DNA of 32,000 nucleotides from Methanoregula sp. (GCF_003170075.1 NZ_PMZU01000026.1:42004-74003); one strand, 5' to 3'. Shown: positions 1-8,525, counted from the first letter of the stretch. Notes: a model not told the origin generated them from the sequence alone. Numbers and translations are program-made.

Positions 1-749
1 TCATCGGCTTTGCAGTAGCCGGAGATCCGGACCAGAAAACGTCCGTCCGCATCGCACGGGCGCTCATTGACGGCGGGGCGGACATCCTCGAACTGGGAGT
101 TCCGTTCTCGGACCCGGTCGCGGACGGACCGACTATCCAGCGTGCAGACGACCGGGCGCTTGCTGCCGGTACCACGCCCGATACGATCTTTGCAATTGTC
201 CGGGAAGTCCGTGCCCATTCCACCGTGCCGATCGTCTTACTCTCGTATTATAATACGATCTACCGGAGGGGGATCGAACGGTTTTACCGCGAAGCACACG
301 AAGCCGGCGTTGACGGTATCCTCGTGGCCGATATGCCGGTCGAGGAATCAAAGGAAGTGGTTGAGATCGCCGGAAAATACAAGATCGACCCGATCTTCCT
401 TATCACGCAGACCACGTCCGATGAACGCATGGACGCAATCGTGCGCCAAGCACGCGGGTACCTCTACCTTGTCTCGGTACTCGGTGTCACGGGCGCACGA
501 AAGACCGTATCGCCCGAGGCTCTCGCTCTCCTGAACCGGGTCCGCACGCACACGACGCTCCCGCTTGCCCTCGGGTTTGGGATCTCGACACCGGCCCACG
601 TAACGACATGCACGAAAGCAGGCGCCGATGGCGTGATAGTTGGAAGTGCCATTGTGGATATCGTGGAAAAACATCTCGGTGACCTGAATGCGATGGAATC
701 TGCGCTCAGGCAGTACGTCGCCCGCATGAAAATGGCGGCAGGGACCTGA
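1..749 (+). CDS. trpA: Tryptophan synthase alpha chain (5'-truncated by window edge)
   Basis: Frame 3 is open from the window start and reads IGFAVAGDPDQ..ILELGVPFSDPVADGPTIQRA..VLLSYYN..GVDGILVADMP..GYLYLVSVLGVTG..GFGISTP..GADGVIVGSAIV, the classic TrpA motifs. Stop TGA at 747-749. Confidence 0.9.
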   Translation, partial: IGFAVAGDPDQKTSVRIARALIDGGADILELGVPFSDPVADGPTIQRADDRALAAGTTPDTIFAIVREVRAHSTVPIVLLSYYNTIYRRGIERFYREAHEAGVDGILVADMPVEESKEVVEIAGKYKIDPIFLITQTTSDERMDAIVRQARGYLYLVSVLGVTGARKTVSPEALALLNRVRTHTTLPLALGFGISTPAHVTTCTKAGADGVIVGSAIVDIVEKHLGDLNAMESALRQYVARMKMAAGT

Positions 750-793
750 CCGGCGGCATGTTCGCGGATGGAACCGGGATAACTAATCCGATC

Positions 794-800
794 TTTTTTT
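794..800 (+). terminator. Oligo-T tract (T7) downstream of trpA, archaeal-type termination signal
   Basis: Seven consecutive T at 794-800, 45 nt after the trpA stop. Confidence 0.3.
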
Positions 801-835
801 AACACGTGCCGGTAAACGTCTATCCGGTCAGGATT

Positions 836-1351
836 ATGGCTAGAACCTATGTATTTCTTATTCTGGGCCTCTGCCTCGTCGCCGGCATCATCAGTGCCGG
901 CTGTACCCAGCAGTCCACACAGGCATCGGCAACAACCACAACACCAACATCGCAGGTAACCGTATCTGGACAGGCCGGTCTGGCAAACCCGGCCTCGGTC
1001 AACTGCGGAAGTATCGGCGGCACCACTGAGATCAAAAAGAACGCTGACGGCAGCGAGTACGGTATGTGTACCTTTACCAACGGTACAACCTGCGAGGAGT
1101 GGGCGCTCTTCCGGGGTGAGGGATGCAAGGCCGGTGCTAAAGTAAACACGACACCAACCGGCGCCCCGTCCAACCAGACCGGCATCGCGAACCCGGCATC
1201 TGTCAACTGCGTGAACCTCGGCGGCACCCTTGAGATCAAGGACAGCGCAGCCGGCCAGTACGGCATGTGCACCTTTAAGAACGGTACAACCTGCGAGGAG
1301 TGGGCGCTTTTCCGCGGGGAAGGCTGCAAGGCCGCGAACGTGACCGCATAA
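836..1351 (+). CDS. Secreted lipoprotein with two tandem DUF333 (putative hemolysin-like) domains
   Basis: ATG at 836 gives MARTYVFLILGLCLVAGIISAGC, a signal peptide plus lipobox Cys. Thr-rich linkers follow, then two copies of ANPASVNC..GG..E.....G.YGMCTF.NGTTCEEWALFRGEGCKA, the DUF333 pattern. The ORF-track start at 806 is a GTG extension. Confidence 0.75.
   Translation: MARTYVFLILGLCLVAGIISAGCTQQSTQASATTTTPTSQVTVSGQAGLANPASVNCGSIGGTTEIKKNADGSEYGMCTFTNGTTCEEWALFRGEGCKAGAKVNTTPTGAPSNQTGIANPASVNCVNLGGTLEIKDSAAGQYGMCTFKNGTTCEEWALFRGEGCKAANVTA
977..1333 (+). repeat. Intragenic tandem duplication (two DUF333 modules, 977-1132 and 1181-1333)
   Basis: The two ~52-aa modules are near-identical at protein level. 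Stretches are near-identical at DNA level, e.g. ggtacaacctgcgaggagtgggcgct.ttccg.gg.ga.gg.tgcaaggcc at about 1081-1130 and 1281-1330. Confidence 0.85.
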
Positions 1352-1365
1352 GCAGGATCAAATTC

Positions 1366-1374
1366 TTTTTTTTT
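1366..1374 (+). terminator. Oligo-T tract (T9) after the DUF333 gene
   Basis: Nine consecutive T, 15 nt after the stop at 1351. Confidence 0.4.
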
Positions 1375-1511
1375 CTGCACTCTGTTGTACAAGATGCATC
1401 CTGCCTCTGCCACTATCCCTGTTTTTATTCTGGTGTGTCGTAAGATTCCAATAAAAATCCAACTTAGCAAATTTTATTTACTTTTGTAAAGTATACTTGA
1501 GGAGTGATGTA

Positions 1512-2228
1512 ATGCATATCATGGAAGGATTCTTACCCTGGCAATGGTGCCTCGTGTGGTGGCTTATCGCTATCCCGTTCCTTGTTATGGGAGTTATCGA
1601 ACTCAAATCTCTGTTGCGCAAAGACCGGGAATATCTCCCGCTGCTTGGCGTGTGCGGGGCGTTCATCTTCATACTGTCCGCACTCAAACTCCCTTCAGTA
1701 ACCGGTAGTTGTTCCCACCCGACCGGTACCGGGCTTTCGGTCATGTGTTTCAAGCCCTATATCACCGCGGTAATTGGTTTTATTGTGCTGCTGTTCCAGG
1801 CGCTCCTGCTCGCTCACGGCGGGTTGTCCACGCTGGGAGCCAACATGGTTTCAATGGCAATCGGCGGCCCCCTTGTCGGCTATGCTGTGTACAAACTCCT
1901 GAAAAATACCTCGGTTAATATCTACGTCACCGTGTTCTGCGTAGCGGCAGTGGCGGATATTGTCACGTACATCATCACATCCTTCGAACTTGCCCTCGCG
2001 TACCCGGCTGAGGTCGGGGGAGTTATGGCTTCGTTTACCGCATTCTTTGCGATATTTGCGATTACCCAGGTCCCGCTCTCAATTATCGAAGGACTCGTTC
2101 TTGCGCTGGTCTTCAAGTATATCATCCAGCTCAAACCGGATCTCATTGAGAAACTGGGCGTATTCTCGAAAGAGCAGATTGAATCCGCGCTCGGGACAAA
2201 GACAAATGATCCCCCAGAAAAGGTGTAA
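1512..2228 (+). CDS. cbiM: Cobalt ECF transporter substrate-capture component CbiM
   Basis: Starts MHIMEGFLP, the conserved Met-His N-terminus that is the metal ligand in the CbiM/NikM family. Multi-TM protein immediately followed by cbiN-cbiQ-cbiO. GGAG at 1501-1504. The ORF-track start at 1497 would destroy the N-terminal MH motif. Confidence 0.9.
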   Translation: MHIMEGFLPWQWCLVWWLIAIPFLVMGVIELKSLLRKDREYLPLLGVCGAFIFILSALKLPSVTGSCSHPTGTGLSVMCFKPYITAVIGFIVLLFQALLLAHGGLSTLGANMVSMAIGGPLVGYAVYKLLKNTSVNIYVTVFCVAAVADIVTYIITSFELALAYPAEVGGVMASFTAFFAIFAITQVPLSIIEGLVLALVFKYIIQLKPDLIEKLGVFSKEQIESALGTKTNDPPEKV

Positions 2229-2230
2229 TT

Positions 2231-2539
2231 ATGTTCGAGAACAGAAAACTTGAGATACTCACGTTGATTGGCCTTTTCACGTTTGTGGTACTCTTTATGA
2301 TAGTCAGCGGCCAGTCGGGCCATGCATTTTCCGGGTCGGATGATGTCGGATCGGAAAAGATTGCAGAGCTGACCGGCAAACCGGTCGAATCCTTTACACC
2401 CCTTATTCCCCAGTATGTGCCGCCAAGCGGCGAGATTGAATCGACCCTCTTTGCGCTCCAGGCAACCTTTGGGGGAGTTGTGGTCGGACTGGTGATCGGG
2501 TACTGGTACGGACAGAAAAGACGTCCCCTCAATTCCTGA
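2231..2539 (+). CDS. cbiN: Cobalt transport protein CbiN
   Basis: 102 aa with two TM segments flanking a loop (..PLIPQYVPPSGEIESTLFALQATFGG..). Typical CbiN size and position, 3 nt after cbiM. Confidence 0.85.
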   Translation: MFENRKLEILTLIGLFTFVVLFMIVSGQSGHAFSGSDDVGSEKIAELTGKPVESFTPLIPQYVPPSGEIESTLFALQATFGGVVVGLVIGYWYGQKRRPLNS

Positions 2540-2545
2540 TAACTC

Positions 2546-3340
2546 ATGTTTGAAACGCTGCTGGACAATATCGCACAAAATAGTACATTCCGGCACATCC
2601 ACCCGGGAACCAAAATCCTCCTTGGTCTTGGTTCCCTTCTTATCTGTCTTGTATCCCCTACACCGGTTGTTCCGCTGATTTCGGGGATTATACTCAGTCT
2701 GGTCCTTTTAATTCCTGCACGTATATCCCCGCTCGTGTACGGGGAGCTCCTTATTGCACCGGCCATATTTACAGCCTGTAGTATCATCGTCCTTTTATTC
2801 ATGCTTGGCGGTGGCGATGTTATCTGGCGTTTTTCCCCGGTTTCGTGGATCAATCTCACGATCACGGACAACGCTGTCAGGCACGCCATCCTCATACTTT
2901 TCCGGGTATTCGGGTGTACGATCTCGCTCTTCTTTATTGCGCTGACCACCCCTATGACGGATCTCTTCAATATCATGAAACGGTGCAGGATTCCTGTCGA
3001 ACTGATCGATCTGATGATGATCATGTACCGGTATATCTTTATCACCTACGAACAGGCCCGCGAGATCTGGCAGGCACAAATCATGCGTCTTGGGTACAGC
3101 AGGGTAAAAGAGTCAATCCGTTCATTCTCCATGCTCTGCGGGATGCTCTTCATCTCCAGCTGGATCGCCGGAGAGGGGCTTATTCACGCGATGGACTGCC
3201 GGTGCTATGATGGGATCATGCCTTCGCTGGATCCGGCGGAACCTGTGCAGATGCAGTCACTTTTCCCGGCCCTTCTCTACCTTGCCGGGCTGATCGCTGT
3301 TCTGCTGATGATAACAACAGGAGTTGTGGTAATACCATGA
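2546..3340 (+). CDS. cbiQ: ECF transporter transmembrane (T) component CbiQ
   Basis: 264-aa polytopic protein with the CbiQ/EcfT pattern (..ALTTPMTDL..RIPVELIDLMMIMYRYIF..A..IWQAQIMRLGY..). Its stop overlaps the cbiO start (ATGA at 3337-3340). Confidence 0.9.
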   Translation: MFETLLDNIAQNSTFRHIHPGTKILLGLGSLLICLVSPTPVVPLISGIILSLVLLIPARISPLVYGELLIAPAIFTACSIIVLLFMLGGGDVIWRFSPVSWINLTITDNAVRHAILILFRVFGCTISLFFIALTTPMTDLFNIMKRCRIPVELIDLMMIMYRYIFITYEQAREIWQAQIMRLGYSRVKESIRSFSMLCGMLFISSWIAGEGLIHAMDCRCYDGIMPSLDPAEPVQMQSLFPALLYLAGLIAVLLMITTGVVVIP

Positions 3341-4569
3341 AAATCATACTTGAAGCACGGGATGTCAGGTACCGGTACCCGGGAAGCCCGGATGCAATCA
3401 AAGGGATCAGTTTCCATATCCGCCCCGGAGAGAAAATTGCGCTTGTCGGTCCGAATGGAGCCGGCAAGTCCACGCTCCTGCAGATGTTCAACGGCATGAT
3501 CCGGCCGGACTCCGGGATCATGCTCATTGACAGCCAGCCGATCCGGTACGACAGATCATCACTACGCCAGCTCCGGAAACGTGTAGGGTACGTGCTACAG
3601 AATTCGGATCGCCAGATCATTGCCCCGACCGTATACCAGGATGTTGCGTTTGGCCCGGCAAACCTTGGGTATGATGACCAGGCCATCCGGAACGCGGTTG
3701 CGCTTGCACTCCGCCAGGTTGGCCTTGAGGGATTTGAACGGCGCCCGCCCCACCATCTCTCCGGTGGGGAGAAGAAACGGGTTGCAATCGCCGGCGTGCT
3801 GGCAATGGATCCGGATGTACTGGTATTCGACGAGCCGACCAGCGGTCTTGATCCTTCCGGTTCGGAAGATCTCATGGAACTGCTTGACGAACTGAACCAT
3901 GACGGTAAGACCATAATAATCTCCACCCATGATGTCGAACTTGCGTACCCGTGGGCTGAACGGGCAATCCTCCTCTTAAACGGGAGGATCCTTGAGGAGG
4001 ATGTGCCGGACGTGGCATTCGGGAATCTTGACCATGTCCGTATGGCGCACCTCTCTGTCCCTACTCTCCTCGAACTCTCGCAGGAACTCGGGCGGCGCGG
4101 GTTTGCGCAGCCGGAACGAAAACCACGCAGTGTCCTCGACATGATCAACATTATTGAGAGTCTGCTCCATCGTTCCGGCAATAACACCCGGATGGGCACC
4201 ATCTCGGTCTGCAATGTTGACGAGCAGGAGACGGCACCGCTCTCCGCATGGGTTAAAATCCGCCCGGGCCTCTCTGTCGGGGCGATGGGTACACGTGCGA
4301 AGCAGTGCGCCGCACGGGAACAGCTTGCCCTTGAGTTCACCTACGGTGTTATCGATAAGTGTATTCTGCGTGCACTGCGGGGGCAGGATTCCCTGATCCT
4401 GACCACCGGCAGCATGGTTAGCCGGGTCGCTGTCCGGGTGGAGGCGTACTGCCGGGAGAGCGGCAACACCATCAGCGTGATCTCTCTGAACACTACGAAC
4501 CACCCCTCAGTAAAGGGGCTTATAAACGAGGAAGTCCGACAGAATGATCCCTCCTGCCAAAAACCATGA
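3337..4569 (+). CDS. cbiO: ECF transporter ATPase CbiO with ~125-aa C-terminal extension of unknown function
   Basis: Walker A GPNGAGKST, Q-loop, signature LSGGEKKRVAIAG, Walker B VLVFDEPTSGLD and H-loop STHD. The canonical ECF-A part ends near aa 285; another ~125 aa follow (nt ~4189-4566). Confidence 0.9.
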   Translation: MKIILEARDVRYRYPGSPDAIKGISFHIRPGEKIALVGPNGAGKSTLLQMFNGMIRPDSGIMLIDSQPIRYDRSSLRQLRKRVGYVLQNSDRQIIAPTVYQDVAFGPANLGYDDQAIRNAVALALRQVGLEGFERRPPHHLSGGEKKRVAIAGVLAMDPDVLVFDEPTSGLDPSGSEDLMELLDELNHDGKTIIISTHDVELAYPWAERAILLLNGRILEEDVPDVAFGNLDHVRMAHLSVPTLLELSQELGRRGFAQPERKPRSVLDMINIIESLLHRSGNNTRMGTISVCNVDEQETAPLSAWVKIRPGLSVGAMGTRAKQCAAREQLALEFTYGVIDKCILRALRGQDSLILTTGSMVSRVAVRVEAYCRESGNTISVISLNTTNHPSVKGLINEEVRQNDPSCQKP

Positions 4570-4718
4570 ACGTCATGAAGATAACGACCATGATCATGGC
4601 CATTTCCATGAACGTGATCAGGGGAAGGCCATGATGACTATCGTGTTCCGGTTAACCTGAAATTTCATAGTACCTTCCTTTTAAAAATCCGGCCATAGCG
4701 GCCTTTTGACAGCCGGTC

Positions 4719-4801
4719 TTCCTGTTTTTGACCTGCAGGATGATGCCATTTTTGCCACTGCAAGAACACCGCTAAAGTGCAAAATTTTTCCTGTTTTGAC
4801 C
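4719..4801 (+). repeat. Direct repeats TTCCTGTTTT(T)GACC (4719-4733 and 4788-4801), with related TTTTGAC at 4704-4710 and TTTTTGCC near 4750, in the cbiO-cbiT spacer
   Basis: Read directly from the sequence. The two long copies differ only by one T in the T-run. Confidence 0.5.
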
Positions 4802-5000
4802 AAGAATTTTCCCAAAATACCTACGTCTAACCGGGTTATTTATCGCGGTGGACACCACTCCCCTCCCGGCATGTTCACCAGTCCGGGACTCTTGCAATCA
4901 GAGCCTGGATTACGCCCGGATTTGCAGGGATCTGCCGGTATCCTGTAACCTCCCCCACAAAACAAGCCTTAATACCTCAACACAACAAAATTTTCAGAAG

Positions 5001-5543
5001 ATGGTCAACACAATGCCTGCCGGCGGGCCGACACATGACGAAGTGATGGCGATCTCTCTGTTCAAGATGGAACTCAGGAACGGAGATACCATGCTCGATC
5101 TCGGGTGCGGGACCGGTAAGGTTTCGATCGCTGCTGCCAGGCTTGCGAAAAAAGTGTATGCAGTCGACCGGCGCCCGGAAGCGATCACCTATGCATCGGA
5201 TGCGGCAAAACATGCCGGCGTAACAAATATCGAATTTTATTCCGGGGAAGCTGCCGGTTTTCTTGCGACCGCCCCGGTCGTTGACTGTGCATTTGTGGGG
5301 GGATCGCAGCAGATCGAAACGATCCTGCCGGTACTTTCCCGCAAAGTCCGTCGGGTCATTGTCGTCAATGCCGTCCTTGTGAGCACCCTTGCGACCGTGA
5401 CTGCGACCATGCAGCGCCTCGGGATCTTCCGTGAGGCCGTGCACGTGCAGGTTTCCCGCTCGTACCCGCTCGGGCAGAGCATAATGTTCAAGCCGATCGA
5501 TCCGGTGTATATAATCGTGGGATCAGGTGCTGCATGCTCGTAG
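5001..5543 (+). CDS. cbiT: Cobalt-precorrin-6B C15-methyltransferase (decarboxylating) CbiT
   Basis: MVNTMPAGGPTHDEVMAISL..MLDLGCGTGKVSIAAA (SAM GxGxG motif), ~180 aa, the typical CbiT size. ATG at 5001 is preceded by a TTAATA TATA-like box at 4969-4974. The upstream part of ORF 4848.. does not look coding. Confidence 0.85.
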   Translation: MVNTMPAGGPTHDEVMAISLFKMELRNGDTMLDLGCGTGKVSIAAARLAKKVYAVDRRPEAITYASDAAKHAGVTNIEFYSGEAAGFLATAPVVDCAFVGGSQQIETILPVLSRKVRRVIVVNAVLVSTLATVTATMQRLGIFREAVHVQVSRSYPLGQSIMFKPIDPVYIIVGSGAACS

Positions 5544-6139
5544 GCCTTGGCCTCGGCCCGGGAAACCCGGAACTACTCACGCTCCGGGCAGTCCGGCTCT
5601 TAAAAGAGGCCGACACCATTTTTGTCCCGGGCCGGATCGCCGCGGATCTTGTCGCACCGTACGGCGATGCCGTGATGCTCGATTTTCCTATGACCGACAA
5701 CGAGGAAAAGATCCGGTCGTGTCTCGAAGCGAATGCAGAAAAGATCGCACCGGTCGCACAAAACGGCCTTGCGGTGTTCGGGATCCTCGGTGACCCAAAC
5801 TTTTTCTCCACGTTCTCGCGGCTCTGCGGGATCATCGCGGAGCGCTATCCGGGTATTGAATACCGGACCGAGCCCGGGATCAGTTCAATCACGGCGTTTG
5901 CATCTGCCGCACATGTCCCGCTCACCGGGGGTTTTGTCGTATCCGATGGCGCAGAACCTTCGGCCCTCATCCGGCTCAAGGCCCGGCACCCTCAGGAGAT
6001 CATCGCCGGTCTCAAGGCAGAAGGATACCGGGAGTTTGTCCTTGTCGAGCGGATGTTTTTCCCCGACATGAAAGTGTACCGCGATGATGAGATTCCAAAA
6101 AAGAGCGATTACATGAGCGTGCTGTACGCGAGGCGCTGA
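5534..6139 (+). CDS. cbiL: Cobalt-factor II / precorrin-2 C20-methyltransferase CbiL
   Basis: Tetrapyrrole methylase N-terminus MLVGLGLGPGNPELLTLRA, then ..FGILGDPNFFSTF..EPGISS.. 201 aa. Overlaps the cbiT end by 10 nt. Confidence 0.85.
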   Translation: MLVGLGLGPGNPELLTLRAVRLLKEADTIFVPGRIAADLVAPYGDAVMLDFPMTDNEEKIRSCLEANAEKIAPVAQNGLAVFGILGDPNFFSTFSRLCGIIAERYPGIEYRTEPGISSITAFASAAHVPLTGGFVVSDGAEPSALIRLKARHPQEIIAGLKAEGYREFVLVERMFFPDMKVYRDDEIPKKSDYMSVLYARR

Positions 6140-6140
6140 C

Positions 6141-6884
6141 ATGGTACAAAAACCTGCAAAGAGTACGAGCACAAAAGTCTGGTTCGTAGGCGCCGGCCCC
6201 GGAGACCCGGAGCTGATCACGGTCAAAGGGCACAACCTTGTCAAAAATGCCGATGTCCTGATCTATGCCGGATCGCTCGTCAACCCGGCACTGGTTGCGG
6301 GATCCGGCGCTGCGGTCAAACTTGACAGCTGGGGCATGCATCTCGATGACATAGTCGACACGATGGTGCAGCATGCGCAGGCCAGTAAAAACGTCGTACG
6401 GCTCCACTCGGGCGACCCGTCGCTCTACGGTGCGATTGTCGAACAGATCGAAAAACTTGAAGAGCGGGGCGTCGCGGTTGAAATCGTGCCCGGTGTCTCG
6501 TCCCTTTTTGCTGCGGCAGCAGCGCTCAGGACCCAACTCACGCTCCGGGGCGTATCCGAATCGGTTATCGTCACCAGGCCGGCAGGAAAGACACTCAAAG
6601 AAGATCAGATCGGGAAATTCTCGCGCCTCAATTCGACAATGGTCGTCTTCCTTGGCACGGAAAAACTCGGGGAGATAACAAAGAAACTTGCCTGCCCCAA
6701 GGACACGCCTGCCGCCGTCGTCTACCATGCCTCGTGGCCCGACCAGAAGATCGTCCGTGGCACCGTTGCCGATATCACAGCAAAGGCAAAGGATGCCGGG
6801 ATCGAACATACGGCGCTCCTTTTAATCGGCGGCGTTGTGGGACAAAAAAAGAAGGGCCACGTACCATCATACCTGTATTCATGA
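6141..6884 (+). CDS. cbiF: Cobalt-precorrin-4 C11-methyltransferase CbiF
   Basis: VWFVGAGPGDPELITVKG..VLIYAGSLV..VRLHSGDPSLYGAI..VPGVSS..VVYHASWPDQ, the characteristic CbiF/CobM pattern. Confidence 0.9.
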   Translation: MVQKPAKSTSTKVWFVGAGPGDPELITVKGHNLVKNADVLIYAGSLVNPALVAGSGAAVKLDSWGMHLDDIVDTMVQHAQASKNVVRLHSGDPSLYGAIVEQIEKLEERGVAVEIVPGVSSLFAAAAALRTQLTLRGVSESVIVTRPAGKTLKEDQIGKFSRLNSTMVVFLGTEKLGEITKKLACPKDTPAAVVYHASWPDQKIVRGTVADITAKAKDAGIEHTALLLIGGVVGQKKKGHVPSYLYS

Positions 6885-7753
6885 CCGACACCGTGGTGAT
6901 CGCACTGCCCCGGTTTCTCCGGGACGCCAGACGGATTGCAGAATTCCTGGATGCGGATGTGCTGGAATACCGGACCGGGATTTTTGCCGAGGTTTTTCCC
7001 AAGGCCCGCCGGATTGTTGCGCTGATGTCCATGGGGATCGTGGTACGCGGCATCGCCCCGCTCATCAGGGACAAGTGGACCGACCCTGCCGTCGTTGTCG
7101 TGACCCCGGATTTTTCGTATGCGGTCCCGCTGCTCGGAGGACACCATGGGGCAAACGAGCTCGCAAAGGAACTTGCGGGCCTCGGGCTTGTCCCGGTGAT
7201 CTCTACGGCAACAGAAGCCACCGGCCTCGATTCGGTGGAAGCAATTGCCGGCCGGGCTGGCTGCGATATTGTCAACCGCGACTCGACCCGTGCGGTCAAT
7301 GCCGGGATCCTGGACGGCACGACAAAACTCTATTCCGTGCCCGGCCCGGCGATCGTAATCGCCGGCTCGGATGTTTCTCTGCTGGTGCACAAAGGGGATT
7401 ATGTGGTCGGCATCGGCTGCCGCAAAGGAGTTACGGCAGGAGAAGTTACCGAAGCTGTCCGTGCAGCTCTCGCTGAAGCCGGCATTGCACAAAAAGACGT
7501 GCAGCTCTTTGCGACCACGGCAAAAAAATGCGGTGAGACCGGTCTCATTAAAGGGATTGCCTCAATCCCTGCCAACTTAATATTCCTTGATGATGACACT
7601 ATTAACGCACAGACCACTACCACACCCTCGAAGGCAAAAAAGATCGGCCTCGTCGGGGTCGCCGAACCGTGTGCGCTTGCGGTCGGGAAACACCGGGAAC
7701 TCGTCATGAAAAAGAAGGTTTTTGGGAAGGTGACCATTGCCATCGCCCGATGA
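6881..7753 (+). CDS. cbiG: Cobalt-precorrin-5A hydrolase CbiG
   Basis: ATG at 6881 overlaps the cbiF stop (ATGA). MTDTVVIAL..ALMSMGIVVRGIAPL..DPAVVVV..AVPLLGGHHGAN..IGCRKG, matching CbiG N-, mid- and C-terminal domains. The ORF-track extension from 6734 lies inside cbiF and is Arg-rich noise. Confidence 0.85.
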   Translation: MTDTVVIALPRFLRDARRIAEFLDADVLEYRTGIFAEVFPKARRIVALMSMGIVVRGIAPLIRDKWTDPAVVVVTPDFSYAVPLLGGHHGANELAKELAGLGLVPVISTATEATGLDSVEAIAGRAGCDIVNRDSTRAVNAGILDGTTKLYSVPGPAIVIAGSDVSLLVHKGDYVVGIGCRKGVTAGEVTEAVRAALAEAGIAQKDVQLFATTAKKCGETGLIKGIASIPANLIFLDDDTINAQTTTTPSKAKKIGLVGVAEPCALAVGKHRELVMKKKVFGKVTIAIAR

Positions 7754-8525
7754 GAGACAGACAAACGGTCTCTGGATCGTCGGGGTCGGGCCGGGACGGA
7801 TGGATTACATGACCGGCCGTGCAATTGACGCGATCTCCCGTGCCGACTACGTGATCGGAAACGACAGTTACCTTGAACCGCTCCGGCCGTTGCTTGCCGG
7901 GAAGCAGGTGATCCGGAGCTCGATGGGGAAAGAGGTCGAGCGGGCCAGAAAGGCGATCGAGCTTGCCCGGTCCCACGTGGTCGCGATCATCTCCGGCGGG
8001 GATGCAGGAGTCTACGGGATGGCCGGCATCGTCCTTGAGGTGCTCGAACATTCCGGTGCGACAATCCCGGTGGAGATTGTCCCGGGCGTTACTGCGGCAA
8101 ATGCCGGCGCATCGCTTGTCGGTTCGCCCCTCTCCGGGGATTTTGCCGTCATCAGCCTCTCGGACCTTCTCACGCCGCTTGAGGTGATCGAGAAACGCCT
8201 CGATGCTGTCTTCTCGGTCGGGATCCCGGTCGTGATCTACAATCCCCGGAGCCACGGCCGGCCGCACAATTTTGCGCTCGCGGTCGGGCACGCCCGGAAA
8301 TACTACCCGGCCACCGTTCCGGTTGCGGTGATAAAAAATGCCCTGCGCGAAGGACAGGCTGACCCGGTGATAACGACACTGGGGGAGATCGAGAGCGTCA
8401 TCGGAGAGATCGATATGCACACGACCGTTATTATCGGCGGGGACGAGAGCAGGATATGGAGGATGGGAAACGATGTCAAAGGAATCATCACGCCACGCGG
8501 ATACCACCACAAGTACGTATATTGA
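7737..8525 (+). CDS. cbiH: Cobalt-factor III / precorrin-3B C17-methyltransferase CbiH
   Basis: LWIVGVGPG..YVIG..VAIISGGDAGVYGMAG..VPGVTAA..FAVISLSD.. The only in-frame start upstream of the GVGPG motif is TTG at 7737, overlapping the cbiG end by 17 nt. Confidence 0.8.
   Translation: MPSPDERQTNGLWIVGVGPGRMDYMTGRAIDAISRADYVIGNDSYLEPLRPLLAGKQVIRSSMGKEVERARKAIELARSHVVAIISGGDAGVYGMAGIVLEVLEHSGATIPVEIVPGVTAANAGASLVGSPLSGDFAVISLSDLLTPLEVIEKRLDAVFSVGIPVVIYNPRSHGRPHNFALAVGHARKYYPATVPVAVIKNALREGQADPVITTLGEIESVIGEIDMHTTVIIGGDESRIWRMGNDVKGIITPRGYHHKYVY

Noticed and set aside
3216-4340. 374-aa ORF on the minus strand antisense to cbiO. Similar long antisense or off-frame ORFs occur at 6012-6809, 6722-7492, 7704-8540, 8550-9401, 14166-15371, 21909-22777 and 24533-25111.
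   Set aside because: They lie fully inside confidently recognised genes on the other strand or frame. Their translations are Arg/Ser/Pro/Gly-rich with no recognisable motifs. Open antisense frames like these are common opposite real genes in relatively GC-rich DNA.
4711-4724. Minus-strand CAGGAAGACCGGCT, resembling the core of the bacterial cobalamin-riboswitch B12 box as I recall it.
   Set aside because: It is on the strand pointing away from cbiT and toward the cbiO 3' end. My recollection of the consensus is imprecise, and one extra base seems to be needed. I could not identify any of the other conserved riboswitch helices. Cobalamin riboswitches are not established in archaea.
4706-4948. 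80-aa TTG-initiated ORF in the cbiO-cbiT spacer, and the upstream 51 codons of ORF 4848-5543.
   Set aside because: Low-complexity, Pro/Gly-rich translations with no RBS or TATA context. CbiT homology starts only at ATG 5001.
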